From Gammaproteobacteria bacterium (GTDB lineage Bacteria > Pseudomonadota > Gammaproteobacteria > Magnimaribacterales > D2472): a DNA stretch of 64,000 bases. The notes under the pieces are model-generated. The model ran no database searches. It saw nothing but the letters and a program-made list of their open reading frames with translations, and was not told where the DNA came from. Both the position numbers and the translations under genes were made by a program. Location of the stretch: the NCBI GenBank assembly GCA_045563715.1, contig JBJLIP010000001.1, positions 129,131 through 193,130 of the forward strand, read 5' to 3'. Positions 49,110-59,039 of this stretch are shown here, one piece after another (position 1 is the stretch's first letter; every line of letters begins with the position of its first letter).

Positions 49110-50678
49110 TTATTTCGTTCCATGCATCATCTTTACCAACAACGGTGATAATAATAATAGAAGTGCTGCGAATCCAATCGCACCCCAACCAACAGTTGTA
49201 TATGCGTCAATAAATCCTGTTTTTTCAATGGTCGTGTAAGGCATATTTTCATATAGAGCGACTTCAGCCGGATTTTCGCTATCTTTATATTCATCAAACT
49301 TTTCAACAAGAGCTCTATATTCTTCTGTCGAAGTAGCTTTTGCAACCAAACCAGCTACAAAATTACCTGCGGCTGATGCAAGAAACCACATACCCATCAT
49401 AATTCCTACAATTCTTTGTGGAGCTAATTTTGTTACAGAAGATAATCCAACTGGCGAAAGACATAGCTCTCCAATGGTATGGACAAGATATATCACAAAT
49501 ATCCACAATACACTTGTTTTAAGAGCAACTTCAACTCCCTCAGATGTTAAATTTGAGCTTGAATCTCCAGACATGCCAGCGACAAGAAGTAAAAATCCTA
49601 AACCGACAAAGAAGAGTCCAAATGCGAATTTTACAGGTATTGATGGCTCTATATTTCTTTTGGAAAGAGCAATCCATAAATAAGCAAAAAATGGAGCCAA
49701 AGTAAAAATAAAAATAGCATTCAGCGATTGGAACATTGGTGCAGGTACTTCCCACCCACCTATTGAGGTGTTTACGCCTCTGTCAGTCAAAATATTCAGA
49801 GAAGACCCTGCTTGTTCAAAAAGTGCCCAAAAAACTAATGAGAATAACACCAGCACACCCACTGATAAAAGCCTATCTCTCTCAATTGGGTCGCACTTTC
49901 TTAGAGAGTAATATATCCAAAAAATAATTGCTATTGATCCAAGAGCTGCCAGAGAGCCTCCTACAACATTTTGATATTGTATTAGCACCCAACAAATAGC
50001 TACCATCAAAAGCCCACTTATATAACACCAATATTCATATGAGATACCTAAATACTCTTTCTTATAATCATCTGAAGGCGGTTCTGCATGACCATCAAGA
50101 AACTTTTGTCCCCAAAGAAACACAATAAGGCCAAAAACCATTCCTATACCTGCAGCACCAAAACCATATGCCCATCCAAATTCTTTACCTAGATAACCAC
50201 AAAGCAAGGATGCTGAGGCAGCACCAATATTTATACCCATATAAAAAATTGTAAAACCAGAATCTCTTCTTTTATCTCCTTCAGGATAAAGAGCGCCAAC
50301 CATAGTTGAAATATTAGGTTTTAAAAAACCGACACCTGAAATTATTAGTGCAAGTGCGAGATAAAATAATTGTTCACTTTCTTCATATGCCATTAAGCCA
50401 TGACCTAAAACTAAAAGAATTGCTCCATATGTCACCGATTTTCTTGAGCCTAAAAATCTATCAGCAAGCATACCTCCAATTACTGGCATCATATATACCA
50501 AAGAAGTATATGCGCCATATAGAACATATGCGTTATCTCGCGTAAAATCCCAATGATCTGTTAGATAAAATATTAAAAGTGCTCTCATTCCATAATATGA
50601 GAACCTTTCCCACATCTCTGTGGTAAAACATACAAATAAGCCTTTTGGGTGTCCTAGAAAATCAGAAGTTGTATTCAT
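49110..50678 (-). CDS. Proton-dependent oligopeptide transporter (POT/PTR2 family)
   Basis: 522 aa polytopic. PTR2 signatures (FTTEMWERFSYYGMRALLIFYL; GGMLADRFLGSRK; FYMGINIGA). Confidence 0.88.
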   Translation of the reverse strand: MNTTSDFLGHPKGLFVCFTTEMWERFSYYGMRALLIFYLTDHWDFTRDNAYVLYGAYTSLVYMMPVIGGMLADRFLGSRKSVTYGAILLVLGHGLMAYEESEQLFYLALALIISGVGFLKPNISTMVGALYPEGDKRRDSGFTIFYMGINIGAASASLLCGYLGKEFGWAYGFGAAGIGMVFGLIVFLWGQKFLDGHAEPPSDDYKKEYLGISYEYWCYISGLLMVAICWVLIQYQNVVGGSLAALGSIAIIFWIYYSLRKCDPIERDRLLSVGVLVLFSLVFWALFEQAGSSLNILTDRGVNTSIGGWEVPAPMFQSLNAIFIFTLAPFFAYLWIALSKRNIEPSIPVKFAFGLFFVGLGFLLLVAGMSGDSSSNLTSEGVEVALKTSVLWIFVIYLVHTIGELCLSPVGLSSVTKLAPQRIVGIMMGMWFLASAAGNFVAGLVAKATSTEEYRALVEKFDEYKDSENPAEVALYENMPYTTIEKTGFIDAYTTVGWGAIGFAALLLLLSPLLVKMMHGTK

Positions 50679-50717
50679 AACGATTTATTTTTTTTAATAA
50701 TTTAGTACTATACCAAA

Positions 50718-51143
50718 ATGAATGATAAATCATATATCGTATTTCCACTCAAAAGAATTGCATCTACTATATATGACTTATTTCTTTTATTGGGAGTTTG
50801 GTTTTTAGTTGGCTCAATTGCCTTGGGTGTTAAGTATCTTTTTGTTGGAGAGGTTACATCTCTAAACCCAAATTTTGGCATGGCTCTTGTAATCATAAGC
50901 GCATGGTCTTTTTACGCTTATTTTTGGACCCATGGAGGGAAAACCCTTGGAATGGCAGTTTGGAAATTTGAAATATATAGCCTCGATAATAATAAAATAA
51001 ATTTAAAACAAATATCTGTAAGGTTTTTTTTTAACCTTATGACTTTTCTACTTGCCGGATTGCCTTTGATTATGATGTATTTTTCTAAAAAAAATCTATC
51101 TATAAGTGATAGCCTTTCTGGGACATCTTATAGAAAAATTTAA
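50718..51143 (+). CDS. RDD-family membrane protein
   Basis: 141 aa with three TM helices. N-terminal R...D pattern (KRIASTIYDLFLL) and central GKTLGMAVWKFEI, typical of RDD domains. An RDD gene next to lptFG is also seen in pseudomonads, as I recall. Confidence 0.65.
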   Translation: MNDKSYIVFPLKRIASTIYDLFLLLGVWFLVGSIALGVKYLFVGEVTSLNPNFGMALVIISAWSFYAYFWTHGGKTLGMAVWKFEIYSLDNNKINLKQISVRFFFNLMTFLLAGLPLIMMYFSKKNLSISDSLSGTSYRKI

Positions 51144-52204
51144 ATCTTTTTGTAAGATCTAAAACTCATTGCTATCAAAAATATTGAGGGAATAATGACT
51201 CCAATTAATACTGGAAGTCCGTAAGAGATAAATATACCAATAGAAAGGTCTTGAGAAATTTTATATATAAAAGCCCCTACTACAGCAACTAACACTCTTC
51301 CACCAACTGTAGAATCTCTCAATGATGTAAAAATTAGTGAGCCAAAAAATATTATTAAAACTAAAATTGAAATCAATTGAAATGTCATTTTATAGAAAGC
51401 TTTGTCCAGATGTGATTTAAATAAAATATCTTTTTTCAACGTGCTATTAATAAATAATTTCCTATAAGAGCTTATTTCAAGGATATTTAAGTTATCAATA
51501 TTTCTTAGTGAGATCTTAGATTGTATAGGAATGCTAAATTTTTCTTCTTTATTTTTGGGAAATTCATTTGTAAAAGATTTATGGATAATATTATCATTAA
51601 AGATAATTTTGTCTCCATCTATCAATGCCGTGTTTGATGTAACTGAGTAAGCAACTTTATTATTTTGAGTCTTAATAAACCTAACATTAAAAATTTTATT
51701 ATCTACAATATTTTCAAAGCTTAAGTAAGAATTACCAGATTTAATCCAGTCAAGACTCTTATTCTCTGAAACATTCCCCTTAGAAAGGATATTTTTATTT
51801 GCCTCAGCTTGTAAATGAATTTTCTTAAAGCTTACTTCATCAAAAACGATCAATGATGAAGCCAATATTATAGAACCAATTGAACTCAATATAACTATCT
51901 TTAATGGCGCAACTCCGGCAGTTCTTAATACATTTAAATTGCCCTCTTGATGAGACAAACCTAAAGCAAGCATAACTCCAAGCAAACAAGCGCCTTCAAT
52001 AAAATTGATTAAATTATGTGGAAGTGAGGATAAAACGTATATTAAAATCTGGCCTATAGTGAATTCTGGAGTAAGACTCTCTAATTCTGAAATAAAACTA
52101 AATATTAAATCAAGCAATCCAAAGAACATTAAGATAAAAAAAGAAAGATAGAAAGATCTCTTTATCAAATATATATAAAATATTTTTGTCATCTTAAAAT
52201 CCAA
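51140..52204 (-). CDS. lptG: LPS export ABC transporter permease LptG
   Basis: 354 aa. YjgP/YjgQ permease topology (three TM, periplasmic beta-jellyroll insert, three TM). It is the second gene of the pair divergent from pepA. Confidence 0.8.
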   Translation of the reverse strand: MDFKMTKIFYIYLIKRSFYLSFFILMFFGLLDLIFSFISELESLTPEFTIGQILIYVLSSLPHNLINFIEGACLLGVMLALGLSHQEGNLNVLRTAGVAPLKIVILSSIGSIILASSLIVFDEVSFKKIHLQAEANKNILSKGNVSENKSLDWIKSGNSYLSFENIVDNKIFNVRFIKTQNNKVAYSVTSNTALIDGDKIIFNDNIIHKSFTNEFPKNKEEKFSIPIQSKISLRNIDNLNILEISSYRKLFINSTLKKDILFKSHLDKAFYKMTFQLISILVLIIFFGSLIFTSLRDSTVGGRVLVAVVGAFIYKISQDLSIGIFISYGLPVLIGVIIPSIFLIAMSFRSYKKI

Positions 52205-53379
52205 AGGAATATTAAACAGATTGCTATAAGCAATACTATCTTTAGTAAGTTACTCTTTTTAATTGAATCAATAAGTTGTGGTTTCTTATAAAAACTTAAT
52301 TTAAAAGCGCTAAAAAGTCCTAGAGCTAAAAATAAAGCATGTACAAACCAAATATAGTTATGAGTGTTCTTAGAGCTTTCAATAAATGACTCCCTAGCTA
52401 AAATTAATAAACTTAAATACAGTATATAAATAAAGATCGCTGGCAGCATAACGGACAATCTTCCCTGCCTGGGTTCAACTTTTGCAATATGAACTCCCAA
52501 GATTAAAAGAATAAAAATTGTTAGTGGTATTGAAATATTCCACTGCGTCTGAGATTTTGAGGATTTTGATGAATAATCAAATAGTTTAGAAAGAGAGAGT
52601 CCGGATATTTTACTTTCATTATTTTCTAGAGGTATCTTTAGTTCACCAAATTCAGAAATAATTGATGGATTTTTATTAAAGATATTTTGATATGCTGATC
52701 CGTCTTTAAATTCTAGTTCAATTAAAGAGTTTAATTTATTGTATTTGAATTTATTAGCAAGAATTAGAGTTTCAGAATTATTTTGTGATAAAAAGAGAAT
52801 AGATTTTTCTAAGGTATCATTATTTTTGTTTTCTACATATATGAAGCCATCGTTTTCTCTTAGAGCTAAAATATTTTTAGGTTTTACTGATTCGATTTGC
52901 TCCTCAATAGTATCAATAGAGATTATCTCTTTTGAAAGTTCTTTTGTATAAGGCGCTATATAAATACTTAATGCAATCGTAATAAAGAAAAAAACAAAAG
53001 CTTGAGGTATTAAATATCTAATAATGTTGTTCTGAGACAATCCTCCCGATATATATCCATAAATTTCTCTCTCAGCATATAGTCTACTAACAGTTATAAC
53101 CACGCCTAGAAAAAAAGATAAAGGCATCAAGAGTGTTATAAAGTCTGGAAATCTTAAAATAATAATTTTATAGATCAAGTTTGGCTCTATTAGGCCTTCT
53201 GAGGCTTGTTCAAAATATCCAACAAATCTTGAACCTACAACCAAAAAAAAGAAAATTAATAGAATTCCAAGCGTTGATTTAAAAACTTCAACATTCAAGC
53301 TTTTTGAAAGAATATTCTTTTTATATATGCCTTGTGAACTATGATGCATTACAATAATTATCTTATCAGTAAATACCAT
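52189..53379 (-). CDS. lptF: LPS export ABC transporter permease LptF
   Basis: 396 aa. YjgP/YjgQ permease with conserved blocks (LMPLSFFLGVVITVSRLYAEREI; PRQGRLSVMLPAIFIYILY). Divergent from pepA. The start is uncertain (ATG 53379 or ATG 53349). Confidence 0.8.
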   Translation of the reverse strand: MVFTDKIIIVMHHSSQGIYKKNILSKSLNVEVFKSTLGILLIFFFLVVGSRFVGYFEQASEGLIEPNLIYKIIILRFPDFITLLMPLSFFLGVVITVSRLYAEREIYGYISGGLSQNNIIRYLIPQAFVFFFITIALSIYIAPYTKELSKEIISIDTIEEQIESVKPKNILALRENDGFIYVENKNNDTLEKSILFLSQNNSETLILANKFKYNKLNSLIELEFKDGSAYQNIFNKNPSIISEFGELKIPLENNESKISGLSLSKLFDYSSKSSKSQTQWNISIPLTIFILLILGVHIAKVEPRQGRLSVMLPAIFIYILYLSLLILARESFIESSKNTHNYIWFVHALFLALGLFSAFKLSFYKKPQLIDSIKKSNLLKIVLLIAICLIFLWILR

Positions 53380-53394
53380 AACAGGAGAACTTAA

Positions 53395-54912
53395 ATGGCG
53401 TATAAAGTTTTAAATAATATTTTATTAAAAGATGTATCATCATCAGGTCTATCTTCTTTAAAGACGGACTTATTAGTGCTTGTTGTTAATAAAGAAACAA
53501 AAACTAATGCTTCTTTCAAAGATCTGAATAAGATTTCAAAAAATTACATATCAAAAACTATTTCATCTCACTTAAAAGAATCAGGAAGTTCTGTTCTTCT
53601 TCCTAATATTGATGGAATTAATGCTAAAAATATATTATTGGTGAAAGGTTTAGATAAAAAAGATCCTATTCATAAATGGCTAAGCATGTATCAATCTGTT
53701 GCTCATAAAGGCAATCATATTGGATCAAAAGATATATCTGTAATGCCTGGATCCGTGACGCCAAATGGAAAAGATGAATTTTGGCTAATAGAGATGGTGT
53801 CTAAAACTATTGAATCAAATGTTTATATTTTTTCTGAGACAAAAAATAAAACAATAAAAAAACCATCTGTTAAGAAGTTAACAGTTCTAACATCAGGTCT
53901 CTCTGCTTCAAATTTAAATAAGGCAAAGAATGCAGCTAAAAAAGGATATGCTATTGGAGAAGGTGTTAATACGGCAAAATACTTGGGAGATCTTCCAGCA
54001 AATCATTGCACACCAAGAATTATTGAAAGAAAGGTAAAAGCAATGACTAAAGATTTTCCAAAACTAAAAGTTAAATCTTTCAATGAAAAAGACATGCAAA
54101 AAATGGGCATGGGATCATTTCTAAGTGTCTCTAGAGGCAGTGAAGAGCCTGCAAGAATGATGGTAATTGAATATAAAGGTGGTAAAGCTTCACAAAAACC
54201 TATTGCATTAGTTGGCAAAGGAGTGACCTTTGATACTGGAGGGGTTTCTATTAAACCAAGTCCTGCTATGGATGAAATGAAATGGGATATGTGTGGTGCT
54301 GCTACTGTATTTGGAGTTATGTCAACTCTAGCTAGACTAAATGCAGATGTTAACGTTGTTGGCGTTATGGGTTGTGCTGAAAACATGTGTTCATCAAAAG
54401 CTACTAAACCAGGCGACGTTGTCACTTCAATGTCTGGTCAAACTATTGAAATTCTTAATACCGATGCAGAAGGAAGATTAATACTTGCTGACTGTTTAAC
54501 ATATGTTGAAAAATACAAGCCTTCATACGTAATTGACATGGCAACACTAACTGGAGCTGTTGTAATTGCTCTAGGAAGGCACGCCAGTGGAGTTATGGCA
54601 AATGACCAACATCTTGCAGATAAAATAATTGAATCTGGTGAAGAATCGGGCGATAGAGCATGGCAACTTCCATTATGGGATGAACATCAGTCATGCACTA
54701 AAACCAAATATGCTGATTTAGCAAATATTGGTGGAGGAAGAGAAGCTGGAACTATACATGCTGCCGCTTTCTTATCTAAATTTACAAATAATTATAAGTG
54801 GGCGCATATTGATATCGCTGCTACTGCATCATATAGCACTCCAGTTAAAGCAGGAACTGGCAGACCTGTTCCATTAATTAGTGAATTAATATTAAGTAAG
54901 AAATTAAAATAA
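53395..54912 (+). CDS. pepA: Leucyl aminopeptidase (M17)
   Basis: 505 aa. M17 signature NTDAEGRLILAD and VGKGVTFDTGG. Perfect SD (AGGAG) upstream. Confidence 0.93.
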   Translation: MAYKVLNNILLKDVSSSGLSSLKTDLLVLVVNKETKTNASFKDLNKISKNYISKTISSHLKESGSSVLLPNIDGINAKNILLVKGLDKKDPIHKWLSMYQSVAHKGNHIGSKDISVMPGSVTPNGKDEFWLIEMVSKTIESNVYIFSETKNKTIKKPSVKKLTVLTSGLSASNLNKAKNAAKKGYAIGEGVNTAKYLGDLPANHCTPRIIERKVKAMTKDFPKLKVKSFNEKDMQKMGMGSFLSVSRGSEEPARMMVIEYKGGKASQKPIALVGKGVTFDTGGVSIKPSPAMDEMKWDMCGAATVFGVMSTLARLNADVNVVGVMGCAENMCSSKATKPGDVVTSMSGQTIEILNTDAEGRLILADCLTYVEKYKPSYVIDMATLTGAVVIALGRHASGVMANDQHLADKIIESGEESGDRAWQLPLWDEHQSCTKTKYADLANIGGGREAGTIHAAAFLSKFTNNYKWAHIDIAATASYSTPVKAGTGRPVPLISELILSKKLK

Positions 54913-54927
54913 ATTAAGTGATTCTCT

Positions 54928-57144
54928 ATGGATAAGCAGTATCACCCTGTAGAAATTGAAGAAAAATGGTCTAAGGTATGGTCCGAAAGAGTTATTTCAA
55001 ATAAAGAATCAGTTACTTCTTTTTCACAGGTAATACCGCCCCCAAATGTTACTGGCACTCTTCATATGGGTCATAGTTTCCAATATGCGATTATGGATTT
55101 CTATACCAGATATCATCATATGTCCGGAAAAGATGCTCATTGGCAAGTTGGAGCTGATCATGCTGGTATAGCTACTCAGATGGTTGTAGAAAATAATCTT
55201 GCAAAAAAAGATATAACTAGAAATGAACTTGGAAGAGAGAAATTTATTGATGAAGTTTGGTCATGGAAAGATTATTCAGAAGAAAAAATTACATCCCAAA
55301 TTAAAAGACTTGGGTGCACGGTAGATTGGAATAAGTATAGGTTTACCTTAGATGATGGATGCAACGAAGCAGTTATAAAAGCATTCGTTGAATTGCACAG
55401 AAAAGATAAAATATATAGGGGTTACAGGTTGGTTAATTGGGATCCATCACTGAAAACTGCTGTTTCAGATCTTGAAGTAATAAGACAGGAAAAAGATGGT
55501 CTTCTTTGGCATATTAAATATCCAATTGAAGATTCTGAAGACTTTGTTACAGTTGCCACATCAAGACCTGAAACTATGTTTGGAGACATGGCAGTTGCTG
55601 TTAACCCAAATGATGATAGGTATAAAAATCTAATAGGTAAAAATATTGTTTTGCCTTTTGTTGGAAGAAAAATACCTGTACTAGCTGATGAATATGTTGA
55701 TATGGAATTTGGTACTGGTTGTCTTAAAATTACTCCAGGTCATGACTTTAACGATTACGAAATAGGTAAAAAATACTCACTTCATGAAGTAAAAGGTCAG
55801 GTAAAGACTTCAGATGATGCAAGTGATTTTGAGCCTATCAATATATTTAATGAAGATGCATGGTCAAATGAAAAAGTACCTAAACCATTTTCAAATCTTG
55901 ATCGTTTTAAAGTTAGAAAGGCTGTATTAGAGAAACTTAAAGAACTAAATCTTCTTGAGAAAGAGGAAAAACATCATATAAGTGTTCCCAGAGGTGAAAG
56001 ATCTAATATTGTTATTGAGCCCAGATTAAGTCATCAATGGTATGTAAAAACTGAGGAAATGGCAGCAAGAGCTAATGAGGCTGTTAACAAGGGAGAGATA
56101 AAATTTCATCCTGGTAATTGGGTTAAAACGTATTTTAATTGGATGAACAATATTGAGGACTGGTGCATCAGCAGGCAAATATGGTGGGGTCATAGAATCC
56201 CAGCATGGTACGACTCAGAAAATAATGTTTATGTTGGTCACAGTGAAGGAGAAATCAGACAATTTTATAAACTTGACGATAGAAAACTCTTACAAGATGA
56301 AGACGTTCTAGATACCTGGTTTTCCGCAAGTTTGTGGCCTTTTGCATCTTTGGGATGGCCAAAAAAAACTGAAGATTTTGAAAAGCATTTTCCAACCTCT
56401 TTGCTGGTTACTGGGTTTGATATTATATTTTTCTGGGTTGCAAGAATGATGATGATGAGTCTTGAGTTTACTGATCAAATCCCTTTTAAAGATGTCTATG
56501 TTACCGGCCTCATAAGAGATGAAAATGGGCAAAAAATGTCTAAATCTAAAGGTAATGTTATTGATCCACTAGACCTAATTTATGGTATTTCTCAAGACGA
56601 TTTGGTTGAAAAAAGGACTTCAAACCTCATGCAGGAAGGTATTGCACCGAAGATTGAAAGAAAGACAAGGAATCAATTTCCTAAAGGTATTGATTCATAC
56701 GGAACAGATGCTTTAAGAATGACATTTTATTCACTAGCAACACACACCAAAGATATAAGCTTCGAAATGGGCAGACTTAAAGGATATAGAAACTTCTGTA
56801 CTAAAGTCTGGAATGCAGCAAGATTTATCAACGGCTATCCAGCTGGAAACGACTTATTTCAATCGGCCAATAAAACTGATGATTGGATATATGAAGAATT
56901 TGAAAAATCAAAAAAACAAATCGAAAGAAATATTAAAGATTACAGATTAGACTTTGCTGTTAATGAAGTTTACGAGTTTTTCTGGAACAAGTTCTGTGAT
57001 GTCTATATTGAAGATTGCAAAAAAAGTGGAGAAACTAAAAACCTTAGACCGCTTTTAAAAGAAATACTCAACATGATGCACCCTTTTGCTCCTTTCATAA
57101 CTGAAGAGATACATAGTTTATTATTTGATAGTTCAATTATTTAG
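54928..57144 (+). CDS. valS: Valine--tRNA ligase, lacking the usual C-terminal domain
   Basis: 738 aa. HIGH motif (PNVTGTLHMGH), editing CP1 region, and KMSKS at about residues 536-540. It ends about 12 aa after the conserved HPFAPFITEE block. Confidence 0.93.
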   Translation: MDKQYHPVEIEEKWSKVWSERVISNKESVTSFSQVIPPPNVTGTLHMGHSFQYAIMDFYTRYHHMSGKDAHWQVGADHAGIATQMVVENNLAKKDITRNELGREKFIDEVWSWKDYSEEKITSQIKRLGCTVDWNKYRFTLDDGCNEAVIKAFVELHRKDKIYRGYRLVNWDPSLKTAVSDLEVIRQEKDGLLWHIKYPIEDSEDFVTVATSRPETMFGDMAVAVNPNDDRYKNLIGKNIVLPFVGRKIPVLADEYVDMEFGTGCLKITPGHDFNDYEIGKKYSLHEVKGQVKTSDDASDFEPINIFNEDAWSNEKVPKPFSNLDRFKVRKAVLEKLKELNLLEKEEKHHISVPRGERSNIVIEPRLSHQWYVKTEEMAARANEAVNKGEIKFHPGNWVKTYFNWMNNIEDWCISRQIWWGHRIPAWYDSENNVYVGHSEGEIRQFYKLDDRKLLQDEDVLDTWFSASLWPFASLGWPKKTEDFEKHFPTSLLVTGFDIIFFWVARMMMMSLEFTDQIPFKDVYVTGLIRDENGQKMSKSKGNVIDPLDLIYGISQDDLVEKRTSNLMQEGIAPKIERKTRNQFPKGIDSYGTDALRMTFYSLATHTKDISFEMGRLKGYRNFCTKVWNAARFINGYPAGNDLFQSANKTDDWIYEEFEKSKKQIERNIKDYRLDFAVNEVYEFFWNKFCDVYIEDCKKSGETKNLRPLLKEILNMMHPFAPFITEEIHSLLFDSSII

Positions 57145-57599
57145 TTTGGAAGAATATACATCTGTATATGATCGATATCATCTTCTAGATAAACTTCACC
57201 TCTAGGAGTAAATCCAAGATCAATATAAAAATGTTTTAATCTATGTTGTGCTGAAATAACAATTTCAAAATTTGGGTATTCTTTCTTTAAAAATTTAACT
57301 CCCTTTGTTGTTATCTCTTTGCCAATGCCGAGGCCTCTCGAATTTTTTTTAGTGACAATCCTTCCCATGGAAGAACCTTCATACTTTACCCCGGGTTCGA
57401 AAGCTCTTAGGTACGCAATAAGTTTATTGTCCTCATAACATAATAAATGGAAGGCTTTTTGATCTGAATTATCTGCGTCCAGATATGGACAATCTTGCTC
57501 GACAATAAAGACCTCTTGTCTTAGATGAAGTACAGCATATATTTCGTTAATTGATAATTCATCAAAACTTTTCCATACAAATTTTATTTTTTTGCTCAT
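57141..57599 (-). CDS. GNAT acetyltransferase, ElaA-like
   Basis: 152 aa from the ATG at 57599 (MSKKIKFVWKSFDELS...YAVLHLRQEVFIVEQDCPY...RGLGIGKE), matching the ElaA-type pattern. The ORF-track start at 57629 adds 10 hydrophobic residues. Confidence 0.8.
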   Translation of the reverse strand: MSKKIKFVWKSFDELSINEIYAVLHLRQEVFIVEQDCPYLDADNSDQKAFHLLCYEDNKLIAYLRAFEPGVKYEGSSMGRIVTKKNSRGLGIGKEITTKGVKFLKKEYPNFEIVISAQHRLKHFYIDLGFTPRGEVYLEDDIDHIQMYILPN

Positions 57600-57644
57600 A
57601 ATTAAATATAATATTAGATATTTTCGCACACATAAAAAAATATT

Positions 57645-58124
57645 ATGAAAACTATATATGATTTTTCAGTTAAAGATGCCGAACTAAAGGATATATCTCT
57701 CAATAAATATCATGAAAAAGTGTTATTGGTTGTTAATGTAGCAAGTTATTGCGGCCTTACATACCAATACAAAGGTTTGGAGGAGCTTTACAAGAAATAT
57801 AAAAGTAAAGGTTTTGAAATTCTGGGCTTTCCTTGTAACCAATTTGCTCTTCAGGAACCAGGAACTAATGAAGAAATTAAAGAATTCTGCGACACAAATT
57901 ATGGTATAACTTTTGAGATATTCAATAAAATTAAAGTTAATGGATCAAAGGCTGATCCTCTTTATAGTTTCTTAAAGAAAGAAAAAACAGGTGTTGCAGG
58001 TACGTCGCAAATAAAATGGAATTTCACAAAATTTCTTATCGATAAGAATGGTAAGGTAGTTAAGCGTTTTAGTCCTCAAGTTGAATCAGATGAGATTGAG
58101 TCTTGTCTTAAAAAAATTCTTTAA
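57645..58124 (+). CDS. Glutathione peroxidase family protein (Cys-type)
   Basis: 159 aa. Motifs LVVNVASYCGLT, ILGFPCNQF and IKWNFTKFLI. Confidence 0.92.
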   Translation: MKTIYDFSVKDAELKDISLNKYHEKVLLVVNVASYCGLTYQYKGLEELYKKYKSKGFEILGFPCNQFALQEPGTNEEIKEFCDTNYGITFEIFNKIKVNGSKADPLYSFLKKEKTGVAGTSQIKWNFTKFLIDKNGKVVKRFSPQVESDEIESCLKKIL

Positions 58125-58125
58125 G

Positions 58126-58563
58126 TTATAGATCTAAGCTCATAAGAACCGCATCATCTTTGTCACTGCCAGTATAGTAATTAGTCCTAACTGCGTCTTT
58201 CAAGAAATTGAATTTATTGTAAAAATTAATTGCTATTTCATTTTTAGATCTTACTTCAAGGAATGCCTTTTTTGCTCCCATGGCCTTAGATTGTTTTATA
58301 AAAACATCCATTAGGATTTTTCCAGCTCCCTTTTTCTGCCATTTTTTTTGAACAGCTATATTTAAAAGATGACTTTCCTTTTTGATTAAAGAAAATATAA
58401 GAAATCCTATAATGACATCATTGTATTTGCATACAAGTGATTTATGTCCAACCTCAAAAGATGAAAAAAAATTATCTTTTGACCATGGGCTTGGGTTTGT
58501 TTCGAGCTCAATTTTGTATGCATCTTCTAAATCGTGACGATCCATTAAAGAAATCTTAAACAT
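58126..58563 (-). CDS. rimI: Ribosomal-protein-alanine N-acetyltransferase
   Basis: 145-aa GNAT (LLNIAVQKKWQKKGAGKILM; AFLEVRSKNEIAINFYNKFNF). Lies downstream of a holD-like ORF, as in the E. coli holD-rimI pair. Confidence 0.8.
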   Translation of the reverse strand: MFKISLMDRHDLEDAYKIELETNPSPWSKDNFFSSFEVGHKSLVCKYNDVIIGFLIFSLIKKESHLLNIAVQKKWQKKGAGKILMDVFIKQSKAMGAKKAFLEVRSKNEIAINFYNKFNFLKDAVRTNYYTGSDKDDAVLMSLDL

Positions 58564-58567
58564 ATCT

Positions 58568-59017
58568 TTATAAATTAAGTGAAGCTTTGATCTTCAACCA
58601 TAGATCTTTCTTAAGACTTTTCTTTAACGATAATTGATTGATTGAGGGTGCTTGAATTGAGTTTTCAATAAATATCTCACTATTCAGAATTTTACCAAAA
58701 ATTATTATTAATCTTACATCGGTTAAATTTAATATCTTTCCTTCTAATTCATTTGGTGATTGGTTCAATATTCTGTTTGATTTTTCATTACCTGTGTCAA
58801 GCTTTGTTGATGCCATTATTGCTTTAATAAGATCTTGTTGTTCTTGAACAAAATTTTCATAAGGTTTATCAAGAAGTGATAGAATTAGCCCCTTTTGATA
58901 AAAATATATATCGTTATTGCAAGAATTATTTACCTTTGAACGTAATGAATATCTTTTGATACCGATCTCTTTTAATATAAGATTAGTTTTTATTTCAGGG
59001 GTAAGCATAAATAACAT
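58568..59017 (-). CDS. holD: Probable DNA polymerase III psi subunit (HolD-like)
   Basis: 149 aa. By eye the N-terminus LILKEIGIKRYSLRSK matches E. coli psi LQQLGITQWSLRRP, and the C-terminus APSINQLSLKKSLKKDLWLKI matches SPALTDLRANPTARAALWQQI. Position immediately upstream of rimI. Similarity is weak, so confidence is moderate. Confidence 0.5.
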   Translation of the reverse strand: MLFMLTPEIKTNLILKEIGIKRYSLRSKVNNSCNNDIYFYQKGLILSLLDKPYENFVQEQQDLIKAIMASTKLDTGNEKSNRILNQSPNELEGKILNLTDVRLIIIFGKILNSEIFIENSIQAPSINQLSLKKSLKKDLWLKIKASLNL

Positions 59018-59039
59018 AATAACATTTAGTTAATAAACA

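Noticed and set aside
49018-49239. A possible gene or sRNA in the dapE / POT-transporter convergent spacer, including the 66-aa ORF at 49039-49239.
   Set aside because: The ORF runs mostly antisense into the transporter gene. The spacer is T-rich low-complexity sequence with no convincing hairpin, promoter or conserved-looking structure that I could identify.
57100-57640. valS as a frameshifted pseudogene whose C-terminal part continues downstream.
   Set aside because: No plus-strand ORF of 60 aa or more follows the stop. The space is occupied by an intact convergent GNAT gene with a full-length family-like sequence. So the truncation is not a simple frameshift within this window.
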